A stretch of DNA of 63,263 nt, counting the filler, from Octopus bimaculoides (Eukaryota): the NCBI RefSeq assembly GCF_001194135.2. It is 6 parts of 6 records of this genome, joined end to end, with 100 filler letters (N's around TTAATTAATTAA, not from the genome) between each part and the next. Parts side by side here need not be neighbours in the genome. Positions count along the whole stretch, not along the records: positions 49,298 to 58,166 come from NC_068993.1; positions 58,267 to 60,210 come from NC_068991.1; positions 60,311 to 63,263 come from NC_069004.1; 3 more parts are not named here. One strand, written 5' to 3'. A model generated the notes under the pieces. The model saw nothing but the letters and a program-made list of their open reading frames with translations, ran no database searches and was not told where the DNA came from. Of the stretch, positions 49,298 to 63,165 are shown in pieces. How positions within the stretch are numbered: the stretch's first letter is position 1; the number at the start of each line of letters is the position of its first letter. Made by a program: the position numbers and the translations under genes.

Positions 49298-49796
49298 TTC
49301 GAATCCAGTCAAAGTTTAGTTGTCCTGTATTGTATTTATGGAAAAGACTTTTTGTATTAACTTTCAATGAATAATAATTAATGATTTCTACCACGAAGGA
49401 GAGAAATGCGTAAATTATTCTACCAGATGGAATCAATATAAAAAGGTAAAAAAAAGAAATAATAATGACACGTCACATGATTGATACAAAATACTATATT
49501 AATGATAGGAAAACGTCAGACTTCATTCTGGAGACGTTGATTATATTTTCTCGCTGGAAATAGTCTTTGGTTGTTGATCGATGATTGGACTAAGCTATGT
49601 GGGAACATAATTCTTCTTTCTGCACGGCCATTTTTATCGAGCAAAACTACGATGGTTTCGATGGAATTCCCTTTTGAAAATCATGATTTTCCTACAGCAG
49701 TCAACATGCAAATTGTATGTATGTATGTATGTATGAATGTATGTATGTATGTATGAATGTATGTATGTATGTATGAATGTATGTATGTATGTATGA

Positions 49797-49878
<82 letters not shown>

Positions 49879-50132
49879 ATGTGCGGGTGCGCGTGTATGT
49901 ATGACTATATATTCGTGTGTATGCGTATGTCTATTCAAATATGAATGTAAGTATGTGTGTGTTATCTCTGGACAGACACTGCAGTAATTTAACTGGCCTA
50001 TAAAAAGCGTATATATATTAAGTATGATCCATAGGCAGCTATTTTGATTCAATATTGCCTCAATTGCATACATACATACATACATGCATACATATGTGTG
50101 TGTCTGTATATGCATGTACGTATGTATGTATG

Positions 50133-50184
<52 letters not shown>

Positions 50185-50218
50185 CAATCCCACATCAAAT
50201 ATGTGTGAATGTGTGCAT

Positions 50219-50259
<41 letters not shown>

Positions 50260-52040
50260 AAGTGTGAAGGAGAGAAAGAGAGGAAGAAGAACACCGTGGA
50301 AAAGTTTCTCTGCGAACTTTGCGCCTGTGTCTAAAGATAAATAAGATTATCTAATTAATATTAGAGTAATGCAGTTTATTTCAATTAATATAATTAGTAT
50401 ACAGCTATAATTGATGTCATACTGCTCTGGAGTAATTATAAATGATGCTTCGACATCCTTTACACTCTGAGATGTACTGTTAAACAATACCTGTGTCATC
50501 GTGACCAGATATTATAGATTCTGCAGTTTGCTGTTACCAACATCTGCAATGTTACAGTATATATTTCGTGTCACAATTATGATATACACCTACCTTGTAA
50601 TACAGTTACTCAATATACAGACTCAGTATCAACACAGCTTAATAAACCGTGTAACGTAGTGTTACTCAGTGTTTAGTTTTTCTTTTAGTTCCGAAACTGT
50701 AAGGACATCTGGTAACTTGACTGACGAAAGAAGGCCACGAATGACCCGTCTTTTTTTCTCTCTTCTTCTAATTGTTGTTTTTCCTGTCTGCCTTTGTAGC
50801 GTCTATCTGTCCCGATGTTTTATTGTCCTCTATTGCGTTTTTGTATATATATATATAGAAGATTTGACGATACCAACACGGCAAAAATCCAAAACGATCC
50901 AAATAATGAAAGGAAAACTAATAAAACGACTAACCAATGATAATTGTTGGTAGATACAAAAGAGTAAACCCGTTTAAGTATACAACCACGTTGAAATATC
51001 CGAAGACATTCTGAATGGAACCTGCACGGCGTTAAATTCAAGTCGCAAGAAAAAGAATTTAGTTTCAATAGGCAGTATACTCTGTACCGAGTTTGGAGTA
51101 CTCTTTCTTTTCGTCTAGCAACAGCACATATATGTGTCTGTGTACGTGCGTGCATATATTTATGCATGAATATATATATATATATATATATACACACAAA
51201 CACGCACGTACCTACACTCACACGCTCACATACACACACACATATATATATATATATGCATTCATACGCTTACATACTTATAAATGTAAAGAAAATTAGA
51301 TAATAAGCCATTATAACATGTGAATTAAATCTCTGTACAGAATTATTTCTTGGATTGCTCTATAATAATAATGATGGTGTGACAATTCATAGAGCAAGGG
51401 TGAGATTGATTTTGTAATATAACATTAATTTCTCTGCCGAATGGTGTGTAACATAATTTTTCTCGTACGGTAATTACCAGATGTTCGTCACCAAGTAATT
51501 CATTCCCGATAATGACTGCTACAAATAAACAATTTAAACTGAAAAACTAACATCATAACCGTTAACTTTCAATTGTTAGACAATCATGTTCTAAAATTCT
51601 TTCAGAAAGAAATTGGAAATGTATTCTTTTTAGTGAGTAATTATTTTATACGCACTATCGGCGGTTCTATAATGTACTTGGAATAAAAAAAAACAGCAGT
51701 AAAAAATAGAAATACCTATTATTAGAAAGAGAAGCAGTCGAACAGATGGAGGTTGTGACTGACAGGCAGCCTTTAATGTAATCGTTAAGTGATAGATGCT
51801 CGATCTGCTGTGTCTCAGGTTAGTGCTTATGAGGTCTTATGAGGCCTCTTACACACCCAGACGCACACACATACACACACACACGAATACGTACATACAC
51901 GCATACATATAGACATACATGTATTAATGTTTGTTTTCATGTTCAGTTATACTAAAAACAGTTTTACATTAACCTGAAGGGTTACTCCATACTTTTGTAG
52001 AGTACAAATTTATTATTCTTAAAGACGAATATTATTGAGA

Positions 52041-52109
52041 GTGACTTCGAAGTTTCGGCCTTCTAAGCCATCGGACTGATGGCCTAGCTGGTCGAAACTT
52101 CGAAGTCAC
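52041..52109. repeat. 69-nt near-perfect hairpin made of two inverted hammerhead-like halves
   Basis: 34-nt arms (29/34 match) with a 1-nt loop. Each strand reads CYGATGGC..GGYCGAAACTTCGAAGTCAC. Confidence 0.8.
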
Positions 52110-52180
52110 TGTGATTACTATTTTTATTAAAGAGTAATAAATACANNNNNNNNNNATATACACACACACACACACACACA

Positions 52181-52482
52181 TGGACGGTAAGGGTAATGAC
52201 CTCTTCGGTCATGAATGACCATGGGATTGCACGAGCAAGGTTGTTTATGGAAGACCAGCAGTCGCCCATGCATACCAGTCTCACCTCTCCATGCTACTGA
52301 GGTAATCCAAGGGAAAGGCAAAGGGGCCGATACAGCTTGACGCCAGTGACTCATTTCTACAGGTGAGTGAACTGGAGCAACGTGAAATAAAGTGTCATGC
52401 TCAAGGAAACAACACATAGTCCAGTCCGGAAATCGAACTCACTACCTCATGATTGTGAGTTCGACGCTGTACCCACTGAGGT
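52181..52482 (-). mobile_element. tRNA-derived SINE family C (CORE-like GTGTCCTTGAGCAAG segment); fragments also at about 1405-1520 (+), 27070-27210 (+), 43560-43690 (-), 57930-58118 (+)
   Basis: B box GAGTTCGATT and shared ttgagcaag..ctttatttcacgttgctccagttcactca..tagaaatgag blocks across the copies. Confidence 0.75.
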
Positions 52483-53672
52483 ATGTATGTGCCTTCACAT
52501 GCATGTAGATAATATATATATATATATATATATATACTTACATATATACATACATACGCACACACACACACACATATATATATATAAATATACATACATA
52601 CATACATACATATACAGACATATGTATATATATATATATATATATACATACACGATGTGTTGTATTTCCCGGCGTGTANNNNNNNNNNNNNNNNNNNNNN
52701 NNNNNNNNNNNNNNNNNNNNNNNNNNNNNNNNNNNNNNNNNNNNNNNNNNNNNNNNNNNNNNNNNNNNNNNNNNNNNNNNNNNNNNNNNNNNNNNNNNNN
52801 NNNNNNNNNNNNNNNNNNNNNNNNNNNNNNNNNNNNNNNNNNNNNNNNNNNNNNNNNNNNNNNNNNNNNNNNNNNNNNNNNNNNNNNNNNNNNNNNNNNN
52901 NNNNNNNNNNNNNNNNNNNNNNNNNNNNNNNNNNNNNNNNNNNNNNNNNNNNNNNNNNNNNNNNNNNNNNNNNNNNNNNNNNNNNNNNNNNNNNNNNNNN
53001 NNNNNNNNNNNNNNNNNNNNNNNNNNNNNNNNNNNNNNNNNNNNNNNNNNNNNNNNNNNNNNNNNNNNNNNNNNNNNNNNNNNNNNNNNNNNNNNNNNNN
53101 NNNNNNNNNNNNNNNNNNNNNNNNNNNNNNNNNNNNNNNNNNNNNNNNNNNNNNNNNNNNNNNNNNNNNNNNNNNNNNNNNNNNNNNNNNNNNNNNNNNN
53201 NNNNNNNNNNNNNNNNNNNNNNNNNNNNNNNNNNNNNNNNNNNNNNNNNNNNNNNNNNNNNNNNNNNNNNNNNNNNNNNNNNNNNNNNNNNNNNNNNNNN
53301 NNNNNNNNNNNNNNNNNNNNNNNNNNNNNNNNNNNNNNNNNNNNNNNNNNNNNNNNNNNNNNNNNNNNNNNNNNNNNNNNNNNNNNNNNNNNNNNNNNNN
53401 NNNNNNNNNNNNNNNNNNNNNNNNNNNNNNNNNNNNNNNNNNNNNNNNNNNNNNNNNNNNNNNNNNNNNNNNNNNNNNNNNNNNNNNNNNNNNNNNNNNN
53501 NNNNNNNNNNNNNNNNNNNNNNNNNNNNNNNNNNNNNNNNNNNNNNNNNNNNNNNNNNNNNNNNNNNNNNNNTATATATATGCATGTGTGTGTATGTGTG
53601 TGTGCGCATGCATGTATATATATATATGAATGTATATATATGTATGTATGTGTGTGTGTGTGTGTGTGTGTG

Positions 53673-53858
53673 ACCACCACTTGATAACAGATGGTATACT
53701 TATGTCCCCGTAACTTACCGGTTCGGTTAAACAGACCGATAGAATATGTACCAGACTTAAAATAAATACTTGGGCTGATTCGTACGACTAAGATTCTTCC
53801 AAGGCGATGCTCCAGCATGGCCGCAGTCTAATGACTGAAACAAGCAAAAGATAAAAGA
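53673..53858 (+). mobile_element. SINE family A, 3' half
   Basis: gctccagcatggccgcagtctaatgactgaaac. Confidence 0.85.
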
Positions 53859-56329
53859 CTATAACTTAGAAAATCGTCATCGTTAGACCTTGGCATACCA
53901 ACTCATTGAGGCATGAAACTTCTCGCTTCTGGCATCCATGTTATTCTTTTTATCAGTGGATCTGCTTGCAATGGGATCAGCACCACCAATATTTTCTTTT
54001 AAAAACATACCGTCTGCAGTATCATCAAGGTATTACAAATACCATATTTTATAAATGATGCTAAAACTAAACTAACCCATCTTTTACAGTATTTCATGGA
54101 ATGTACGTATTGTAATACGACCCCTTTTTGTCTGTTACTTTAACATATGAAGCCGGTATTCACTTGGCCTTTCTAAACGGAATTTGGGTTTATGTCGATC
54201 TTAAAGGCTGGGTGGATGAGATAGGACTGAAATGGAAGATAGATAAGGGTCGACACAGACATCCTGCTGGGTTATTAAAGAATCATGTCGAATTAACAGT
54301 TTTCATTTACGTTAAAATTCCTATGGTTCAAAAACAATGAAAACGCGTTTGCAAAAGAACATGGCAATAGGTTCATGCGCCATATTTTTGTTTTCTTGCA
54401 TCTGATAAAGTGGTAAGGCCTTGAAGGAAAAAGGAGTATCAGTTGAAAACTACTGGATTTAGTAAATATTGCCTCCATAAGAGAATTGTCAAATAGTCAG
54501 AATAAGAAAAACAATTAAATTCGTAGGTGGTAGACCAAAAAGACCTGACATAATTATCCACCATCCGAAGTAATACCATCAAACAAGTATCGATGATTTG
54601 AGAGAAATAATATCTTGTTGTTTCGGATTTATGAGCAGAAATAATTAACTTTTTGTATGAAGTTTAGAAGAAGAGCACAAACAACTGAATAGAAAGATAA
54701 AATCATTGAGTTTCACATGTGATTAATGAAAGAAAAGAATAAAATTATAAACGTTCATAGATAGCAAGTATAGACAAAGTGCCATGAAACAAAATTGCAT
54801 GAATTCAAATGTATTAAATCCATGACTACTAAAATATGTGGCCATGAACAACACAGTTGCTTTATCATATTGCATTGGTGGCAACTGTCTTATTGGTTAA
54901 AGGGAAGGCGCTGAGTGGATGAGGGAGGATTGATGTTGTTGATAGACATAGGGAGCAGTTTGGACTGATATGATTCAGTATTTTAAAAGGAAAGATAGAC
55001 AACAGAGGGGACTGTTTAGTGTAATAATAGGTGGTCTTAATAATTTTGATGTGTCTTTACATATGTCAATCAAGGAGCCATTGAGAGCATTAACGAAGGA
55101 AGCGTAGAACAAGTGACTTGAGGTTCTGAAGACAGGAAAAAAAGGAAGAGGGTATAACTATTGCACAGGTACGTGAGTGGATAACGATTCCTTGGAATAT
55201 ACTAAAAGAAGTAGGAGTTGCGAAACAACTTAAGAAGTACAGGCGTGGCGCCATCGGCTTAGCCGTTAACACAAAGGGAGGTAACTATCTCCTCACAATG
55301 TAAACCGGGCTTAGAAATTCGAATTTGAAATCAAAGAATATGAAAAGAATGCAAAAATGTTCGCACGCATACGAACGTGCGCACGCACACGCACACGCAA
55401 CGAACGCGCGCGCGCGCACACACACACACACACACGCACACACACACACGCACAGACACACACACACACACACACAATTCAAATAATTCATTTAATATCT
55501 ATGGGGAAGTTCTTACACTTTCTACTTTGTAATAATCATATACAATATTATTTCACCCTTTTAAGAAATCTTCAGCATGATTAAACGTATATGATTGTTA
55601 ATTAGATATATTGCGAAGAGAGAGAGAACGAGAGAGATAAAGAAATAGATANNNNNNNNNNGGAGAGATAGAGAGACAGGGAAACGGAGCGAGAGAGTGG
55701 CACTACGGTAAAATTAAAGACAGACTATTATGGAATATTACTAATGCCTTGGATGAGACAAAGGATGATACTACATTTCGAAGAAAGTATTGCTGACCTA
55801 CATCTGGTTGCAGATATTTCCACTGGTAAAGCGAAATAATAAGGAAGCCAAGCAATGAGAAGAAATTTTCTGGCTTCTAAGACGATGGTATGTTTTGTTC
55901 TGAAAACGATGATTTTCCAGGTTTCGCAGTTGGTGATTAAACATTTACGATATTATTGTTATTATTACTCTTTTTGCCTTTATTCTACTTCGCTTATTTA
56001 ATATATATATATGTATATATATTTGTTCACTGGAATATTTATGTTAGTTTCTATTAGAATGCATTCAATTTTTTTTTTGTCGTTATTCGTTGAAATGTTT
56101 GCATTGTCTGCATCTGCCGTATCTATAGGAATTAATTCGCCTTTATTGTACTTTGCTGCTTGCTTTGTACCAGTTTTTACCAATATATTTAGTTTGTCTA
56201 TATGTACTGGTATTCGCCTATACCAACGCACGGTATTTCTTTCCAGCTGTATTGCAAGTTTAATTTATTTTCCATTCAAGATTAATATAGTGTTGCTAGT
56301 CATAGACACATAAATGCATACATACATAT

Positions 56330-56380
<51 letters not shown>

Positions 56381-57210
56381 NNNNNNNNNNNNNNNNNNNN
56401 NNNNNNNNNNNNNNNNNNNNNNNNNNNNNNNNNNNNNNNNNNNNNNNNNNNNNNNNNNNNNNNNNNNNNNNNNNNNNNNNNNNNNNNNNNNNNNNNNNNN
56501 NNNNNNNNNNNNNNNNNNNNNNNNNNNNNNNNNNNNNNNNNNNNNNNNNNNNNNNNNNNNNNNNNNNNNNNNNNNNNNNNNNNNNNNNNNNNNNNNNNNN
56601 NNNNNNNNNNNNNNNNNNNNNNNNNNNNNNNNNNNNNNNNNNNNNNNNNNNNNNNNNNNNNNNNNNNNNNNNNNNNNNNNNNNNNNNNNNNNNNNNNNNN
56701 NNNNNNNNNNNNNNNNNNNNNNNNNNNNNNNNNNNNNNNNNNNNNNNNNNNNNNNNNNNNNNNNNNNNNNNNNNNNNNNNNNNNNNNNNNNNNNNNNNNN
56801 NNNNNNNNNNNNNNNNNNNNNNNNNNNNNNNNNNNNNNNNNNNNNNNNNNNNNNNNNNNNNNNNNNNNNNNNNNNNNNNNNNNNNNNNNNNNNNNNNNNN
56901 NNNNNNNNNNNNNNNNNNNNNNNNNNNNNNNNNNNNNNNNNNNNNNNNNNNNNNNNNNNNNNNNNNNNNNNNNNNNNNNNNNNNNNNNNNNNNNNNNNNN
57001 NNNNNNNNNNNNNNNNNNNNNNNNNNNNNNNNNNNNNNNNNNNNNNNNNNNNNNNNNNNNNNNNNNNNNNNNNNNNNNNNNNNNNNNNNNNNNNNNNNNN
57101 NNNNNNNNNNNNNNNNNNNNNNNNNNNNNNNNNNNNNNNNNNNNNNNNNNNNNNNNNNNNNNNNNNNNNNNNNNNNNNNNNNNNNNNNNNNNNNNNNNNN
57201 NNNNNNNNNN

Positions 57211-57280
<70 letters not shown>

Positions 57281-58113
57281 GGGAGAGAGTGGCGCAGTGT
57301 GGTTGTATGGTTAAAGAAGTTCGCTTTGCACCCTCGATGTTCAAGTTTCAATTGCGAGACTTCTTGAGCAAATATTTTCTATGGATTCAGATCTATTGAT
57401 AGCTTGTAAGGGAAGTTGGATAGAATAAGACTTTACGGAATCCCGTCGGATAACTCTATGGTTACAGCTATCTCATACACAGTGTTACACCAATTCTGAA
57501 AATGATGTTAAAGGTACACAAATCTGTGGAATGCTATGTCACCTTATCACAGGAGCAGAAACTTCACAGTTTATTGGAAAACTGAATCCTCCATCATCAA
57601 ATATATAAGATAAACTATATATATAAGATCCACAACCATCAAATATATAGAAGACATCACCTATTGAAGTAAACAATGCTTTCGGTTGAATGTCGTCTCC
57701 GATTGGTTGAGGCTGTTTTGCGGATTTAAAAACAAAATATATTCAGCGAATGGGAATCGAGTTTTTAGTTTAAAATAACTTGTTTTTGTGTTTTTAAGAG
57801 CTAAGAACGAAACGGAGCTAAAAACAAAAAGGAAGGTAAGTGATGGCTGTGTAATGAGAAACGTACGTCACAAGCTCAGATGGAAGCTGTTTCATGATAC
57901 TATGTTATTCGTTTGGGTTTACATGATGCTTATAAGGTGGATGGCTGAATGGTTTGGTTATTCAGTTCATGAGTTCGATTCTCGTCGGAGCGATGTGTCC
58001 TTGAGCAAGATATTTTATTTTACATTGTTCCTATTCACTCACCTGGCCGAAAATGAGTTCTACCTGTAATTCAAAGGACCTGTCTTGTCACATTCTGTGT
58101 CACGTTGAATCTC

Positions 58114-58166
<53 letters not shown>

Positions 58167-58266
58167 NNNNNNNNNNNNNNNNNNNNNNNNNNNNNNNNNN
58201 NNNNNNNNNNTTAATTAATTAANNNNNNNNNNNNNNNNNNNNNNNNNNNNNNNNNNNNNNNNNNNN
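58167..58266. other. Artificial scaffold-join spacer
   Basis: 44 N + TTAATTAATTAA (58211-58222) + 44 N. Confidence 0.95.
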
Positions 58267-58554
58267 AAAGCAGGATATGTGAATCACATGAAAACACATG
58301 AAGGTAGAAATTCCAGACACCCTAAATACCAACCGCCTTCTGCGACCTGTGGCATATGTCACAAGGTTTGTAAAACAATACCCGGACTTAAGAGACATAT
58401 GCTGGTTCACAGAGGCGTTTCTTTAGAATCAGATACCAGCGAGCAAGGATCAAGAGGCTTGAACATTTGTCATCTGTGCTGTAGACCTTGTCGCTCAGCA
58501 GCCGGACTTCAAAGTCACTTGAGGGCTCACCAACGGAGTGATTGTACTGCGTGA
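58267..58554 (+). mobile_element. C2H2-type zinc fingers, most likely the C-terminus of an RTE-clade LINE ORF2; 5' truncated by the scaffold edge
   Basis: Frame open from 58267: KAGYVNHMKTH, CGICHKVCKTIPGLKRHMLVH, CHLCCRPCRSAAGLQSHLRAH, then stop. There are no TGEKP linkers, and a short tail runs into (TA)n as in RTE 3' ends. Confidence 0.55.
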
Positions 58555-58686
58555 TGATATATGTGGATTGTTGATGGGATGGCTATCGTCTGTCAAGATG
58601 GAGCGGTCGTCATATATATATATATATGCACGTACGCATATATTTACATATATATGTACGTATGTATAATATATGAGTGTAAGATA

Positions 58687-58722
<36 letters not shown>

Positions 58723-58741
58723 AACATATATATATATATGT

Positions 58742-58784
<43 letters not shown>

Positions 58785-58894
58785 CGTGAATCTTTAAATA
58801 TATATACATACACATATAAACATATACACATACACTCATACGCACACAAGCACAAATGCACAAATACGTACACACAGACACACAGACAGACACA

Positions 58895-58938
<44 letters not shown>

Positions 58939-60023
58939 CATGCACATATTGATCTCGCTATAGAAAGTTTGTATCATAATCTTAAGTAGGTTTGAAAGTA
59001 CACCGGTATGTGAACATATTAAATAATATCCACTATATTTGTTTGATTGCTTCAGGAGACATTCGTCTGTTTTCTCTTGGCAACAGGCTAATAATATTCT
59101 CTTTTACTCTTTCCTGTTCGTCGATGTATAAAAGGTAACATGCAACGAAATATGGCAACTATAACAGTTGTTAAGCTGTAAGTAACTGAAAAAGAAATGT
59201 CTGTTGCTATGGTACTTTGAATAGGTTTCTCGGATATAAAGCCGAGGAACTCAGTGGTTGCCTGTTTTTGTTCCAAATTAGCAAACAACTAGATTTTATA
59301 GAGATTTTCTAAAAAATCCGTTATGTCTTTCTTTAAATGATTTTATTAGAGAATTTATATCTGCATATACAATAATAAAAAATAAATGGGAAAAACTGGG
59401 AAAAAGCCGTACACGCTCTTGCGCAAGCACGCATGCTGACACAATATATGTGCACATGCCAGCGTTCAGCATTCAGACTTGCGCTGCATTCAGACAAGCG
59501 CAGCATTCGGACATGCGTTTTGGATCTATTAGTTGACTGAACATCGTAAACTTGAGCCTCATAGCGTGAACTTTTAAAACGTCAGCCTCAGACTTCAGAT
59601 TTAAAATTGAGATATTAATCCCTCGTTCTATTAAGTATATTCTCATTTAGTTGGCATATACAAACAACATTTGAGAAGAAAAGGTCAGCAGCACAATAAT
59701 CTTAAAGAACGCCAATCTTCCTAGCATGTGAAAATATTGGTGCATCAAAACTTCCACCGGTTTAGATTTTTTATAAGAATAGAAAAACATTTATGCAGAC
59801 ATAGAATTTGGGACAGAAAGATCTCCATCAATACACACTACGATCTAATAGAAAGCTAGCGATCTTAATTAGAAGAGACATGACTGGACTCCCTTTAGTA
59901 CGCTGATTTGATAGGAGATTTAAATGCCAGGAATAATTGAAATCATTAGTGACGATGCTTCAACCAAATCTTTCCAAAGCGATAACCCACTGGTGCATAA
60001 CATGGAGCTGTTTGTCAACAGTG

Positions 60024-60080
<57 letters not shown>

Positions 60081-60210
60081 GGAGCGCATCCTCTTCCGCT
60101 TTTTGTGGAAAGGAAGCGTTCCGATGGTGAGGCGATCCGTTTGTTGCCAACACCCGCTGAAAGGAGGGCTGGGCATGCCGTGGTTGATGATGCGCAGACA
60201 TGCGCTGAGA

Positions 60211-60310
60211 NNNNNNNNNNNNNNNNNNNNNNNNNNNNNNNNNNNNNNNNNNNNTTAATTAATTAANNNNNNNNNNNNNNNNNNNNNNNNNNNNNNNNNN
60301 NNNNNNNNNN
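60211..60310. other. Artificial scaffold-join spacer
   Basis: 44 N + TTAATTAATTAA (60255-60266) + 44 N. Confidence 0.95.
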
Positions 60311-60519
60311 TAATAAAATCTAATTTCCTCTTTCTACTACCTTTACAAATCCTTACAACTCCGACTTTCTCTTATGAACCTTTACGAACGATCCAACAAC
60401 AAATACAAAAAGAAAGGAAGGAGAAACACTGACAGTAAAAGCAAACTATTTCAGTATCAAAACTGAAACAATCACATTTTGATACTGTAATGACAGATAC
60501 TTTCACTTTAATGGTTTTG

Positions 60520-60735
60520 CATGTGTGTTTGTGTTTATCTCCTGCCACCGCTTGATAACCGATGTTGGTGTGTTTACATCCCTCTAACTTAGTGGTTGAG
60601 CACAAGAGACTGACAGAATATGTACCAGGTTTAAAAAAAACATAAGTACTGGTAGCAATTCATTAGACTAAAAATTCTTCAATGTGGTGCCCCAGCATGG
60701 CTGCAGTCTAATGACTGAAACAAGTAAAAGATAAG
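60520..60735 (+). mobile_element. SINE family A, 3' half
   Basis: cccagcatggctgcagtctaatgactgaaac. Confidence 0.85.
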
Positions 60736-62621
60736 CTCAACTAAAACTCTAATGCTACCATACCAGGTACATGACAGGCCCACCATCAGTGATAAATTTT
60801 TCATATCAGAATCTCAGGAGTTATTCTCATACAGTATTAACCAACTGACTCCGATAGAAGTTACGAACCGCTCCAAGATGATAACATCTATTTTACAAGC
60901 CACAAAATATTTTCTAAAATAATAGGACTCTTAACACCTACCTCGATAAGTGACAGGAATTGTTCCGTCAAGCTTGACCAGTTCTTTCTCAACACCATTA
61001 TTGAAAACTGAAAATAAGAAAGGAAAGTAGAACATTTTAAAATTGTTTAGAGAAATTACACAAATCAATTAGCAACAATTCTCCTCATTGTCTCTAAGTG
61101 GTTACCAAATTTGCTAAAAATAGCAGTCATATCACACTCTGATCACATCCTGATGATTTAAAGGAAAGGACACTAGATAATGTAGCTTTAAATGTGTCTG
61201 GAAAATGATGGAGCAGTAATAAGAGGAATGTCTTTAATCATAGACCTGAAGGACAGCGACCTACAACAACAACAACGTGGCTTTTAGTTGATACCAGTAT
61301 ATGACAGCTACAAGCCTGAGGGGCCTCTATATAGTTGTTTCATATGCTACAATTAACAGCCAAATCTATTCCAAATGTTATTCTTAAGGAAACACTAATT
61401 TTTCATTTGTTTATTTTTTCAATGGTTTGGTCAGAGAAAGGCAGCAGCACTGACCACACTTTAGAATCTCTGAGACTGGTAGGAGGAAGTGATCCTCTCA
61501 TCAAACTGGTTCAAATGCTTGCAACAAAGTAGATCCTCCTTTGGCTCGCAAATGGGTGTTAAGCTTGACATTAGATTAAAGCACTAAATATACTCATAGT
61601 GTATAAAATAGACAGAATCCATAAATGGTACAATGATAAGAAGTTTGATACGGAAATGTTTTCAACTGTGATACCAAATAGTAAATTAGCAAAGAAATTT
61701 AGAAGACACCTTTGAGAATCTAAACTCGTAGAAAAGGCAGGGGGTGACCAAATATCTCCTCTACAGTAAGAGGACTATCCCTATCCCTCTCCCTATACCT
61801 GTTGCATGCACACTACCACTTCCTTCGGTTTCACTTCCTCTCTCAACAAAGAGGTCTTTGATTTGCAAGTTACTTGGGAACCCCACTGGTGCTGGTGCCA
61901 CATAAAGAGCAGCAGTGCTGGCGGGACTTAAAAAAGCACCCAGTACACTCAGTAAAGTGGTTGGCTTTAAGAAAGGGCATTCAGCCATAGAAACCATGCC
62001 AAAAACAGGTAATTGTAGTCTGGTGCAACTTTCCAACTCCAATCAAATTGTCCAACTCAGGCCAGCATAAAAAAACAGACAAATTGAAAAGAAAAAAAAA
62101 ATTCTTCTATTCTACCTCTGAAGAACTCTATTTCAATGATATTCTTAAACCACTCTGTCATCTCAGTCCATATCAACAGAGAAACTACAAGACCAGCATG
62201 CATAACTGCAACTGTATCGATAATTTCATTAGATCCAAACATTTGAAACATCACTAGGATCAGGTAATCCTAAATATATTTATATACTTCTGCAAAAAAC
62301 ATGGTTTCAAACCAGGTGGTGCATTGTGATGATCTGTAAGTGCTACCCTATTTTACAGGGACACCAGTGAATATGGTTGTGAAATATATAGGCTATAAAC
62401 CTATATATCAACTGTAAGGTTAGAAGCAGTGTACAGTTGTATAAGGTGCCTTGAAGGAACATGTGCTGACTTCCCAAAGACTAACATAGGACAGACTGTT
62501 CATAGCATTCGTCAATGAATCATTGAATACCAAAACAGAAAAGAAAGCTACTCTTATCTTTTATCAACATGCACTGAATAAATATGATTTGGCTGAAGAC
62601 AGTGTAGATATCATTTATATT

Positions 62622-63110
62622 TTACATTTTCAGTCACTGTGACCATGCTGGAGCACTACCTTGATGGGTGTTTAGTTGAGCTAACTGGCTCCAATACTTG
62701 CTTGGTACTTCTCTATTGGTCTCTTTTGCCAAACTGCTAAGTTATGGGGATATAAACAAACCATCACCAGCTGTTGAGTGGCAGGGGTAGAAAGACACAA
62801 AGATACCCCCCCCCATATTTTGTTCAGTTCCATTGCACAGCACCTTGAGCCAGTGTTTTCTACAATAGCTCTGAGCCGAACAATGCTTGTAAGTGTATTT
62901 GATAGATGGAAACTGTGTGGATGCCCATCATATATCTGTGTGTGTGTGTTCCCCACTACTATCACTGCTCGACAACTGGTGTTGGTTTGTTTAAGTCCCT
63001 GTAGCTTAGCATTGTGGTAAAAGAGACTGACAGGATAAGTACTAGACTTCAAGGTGGTGCCCTTGCATGGCCGCATTTTGATGACTAAAACAAGTAAAGG
63101 ATAAAAGATG
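62622..63110. mobile_element. Two SINE family A copies back to back (minus about 62622-62800; plus about 62818-63110)
   Basis: The tail motif appears inverted at about 62640 and direct at about 63060-63110. Confidence 0.7.

Positions 63111-63165
<55 letters not shown>

Noticed and set aside
59088-59288. Possible hAT transposase fragment
   Set aside because: Resemblance to the dimerisation motif is too weak to support.
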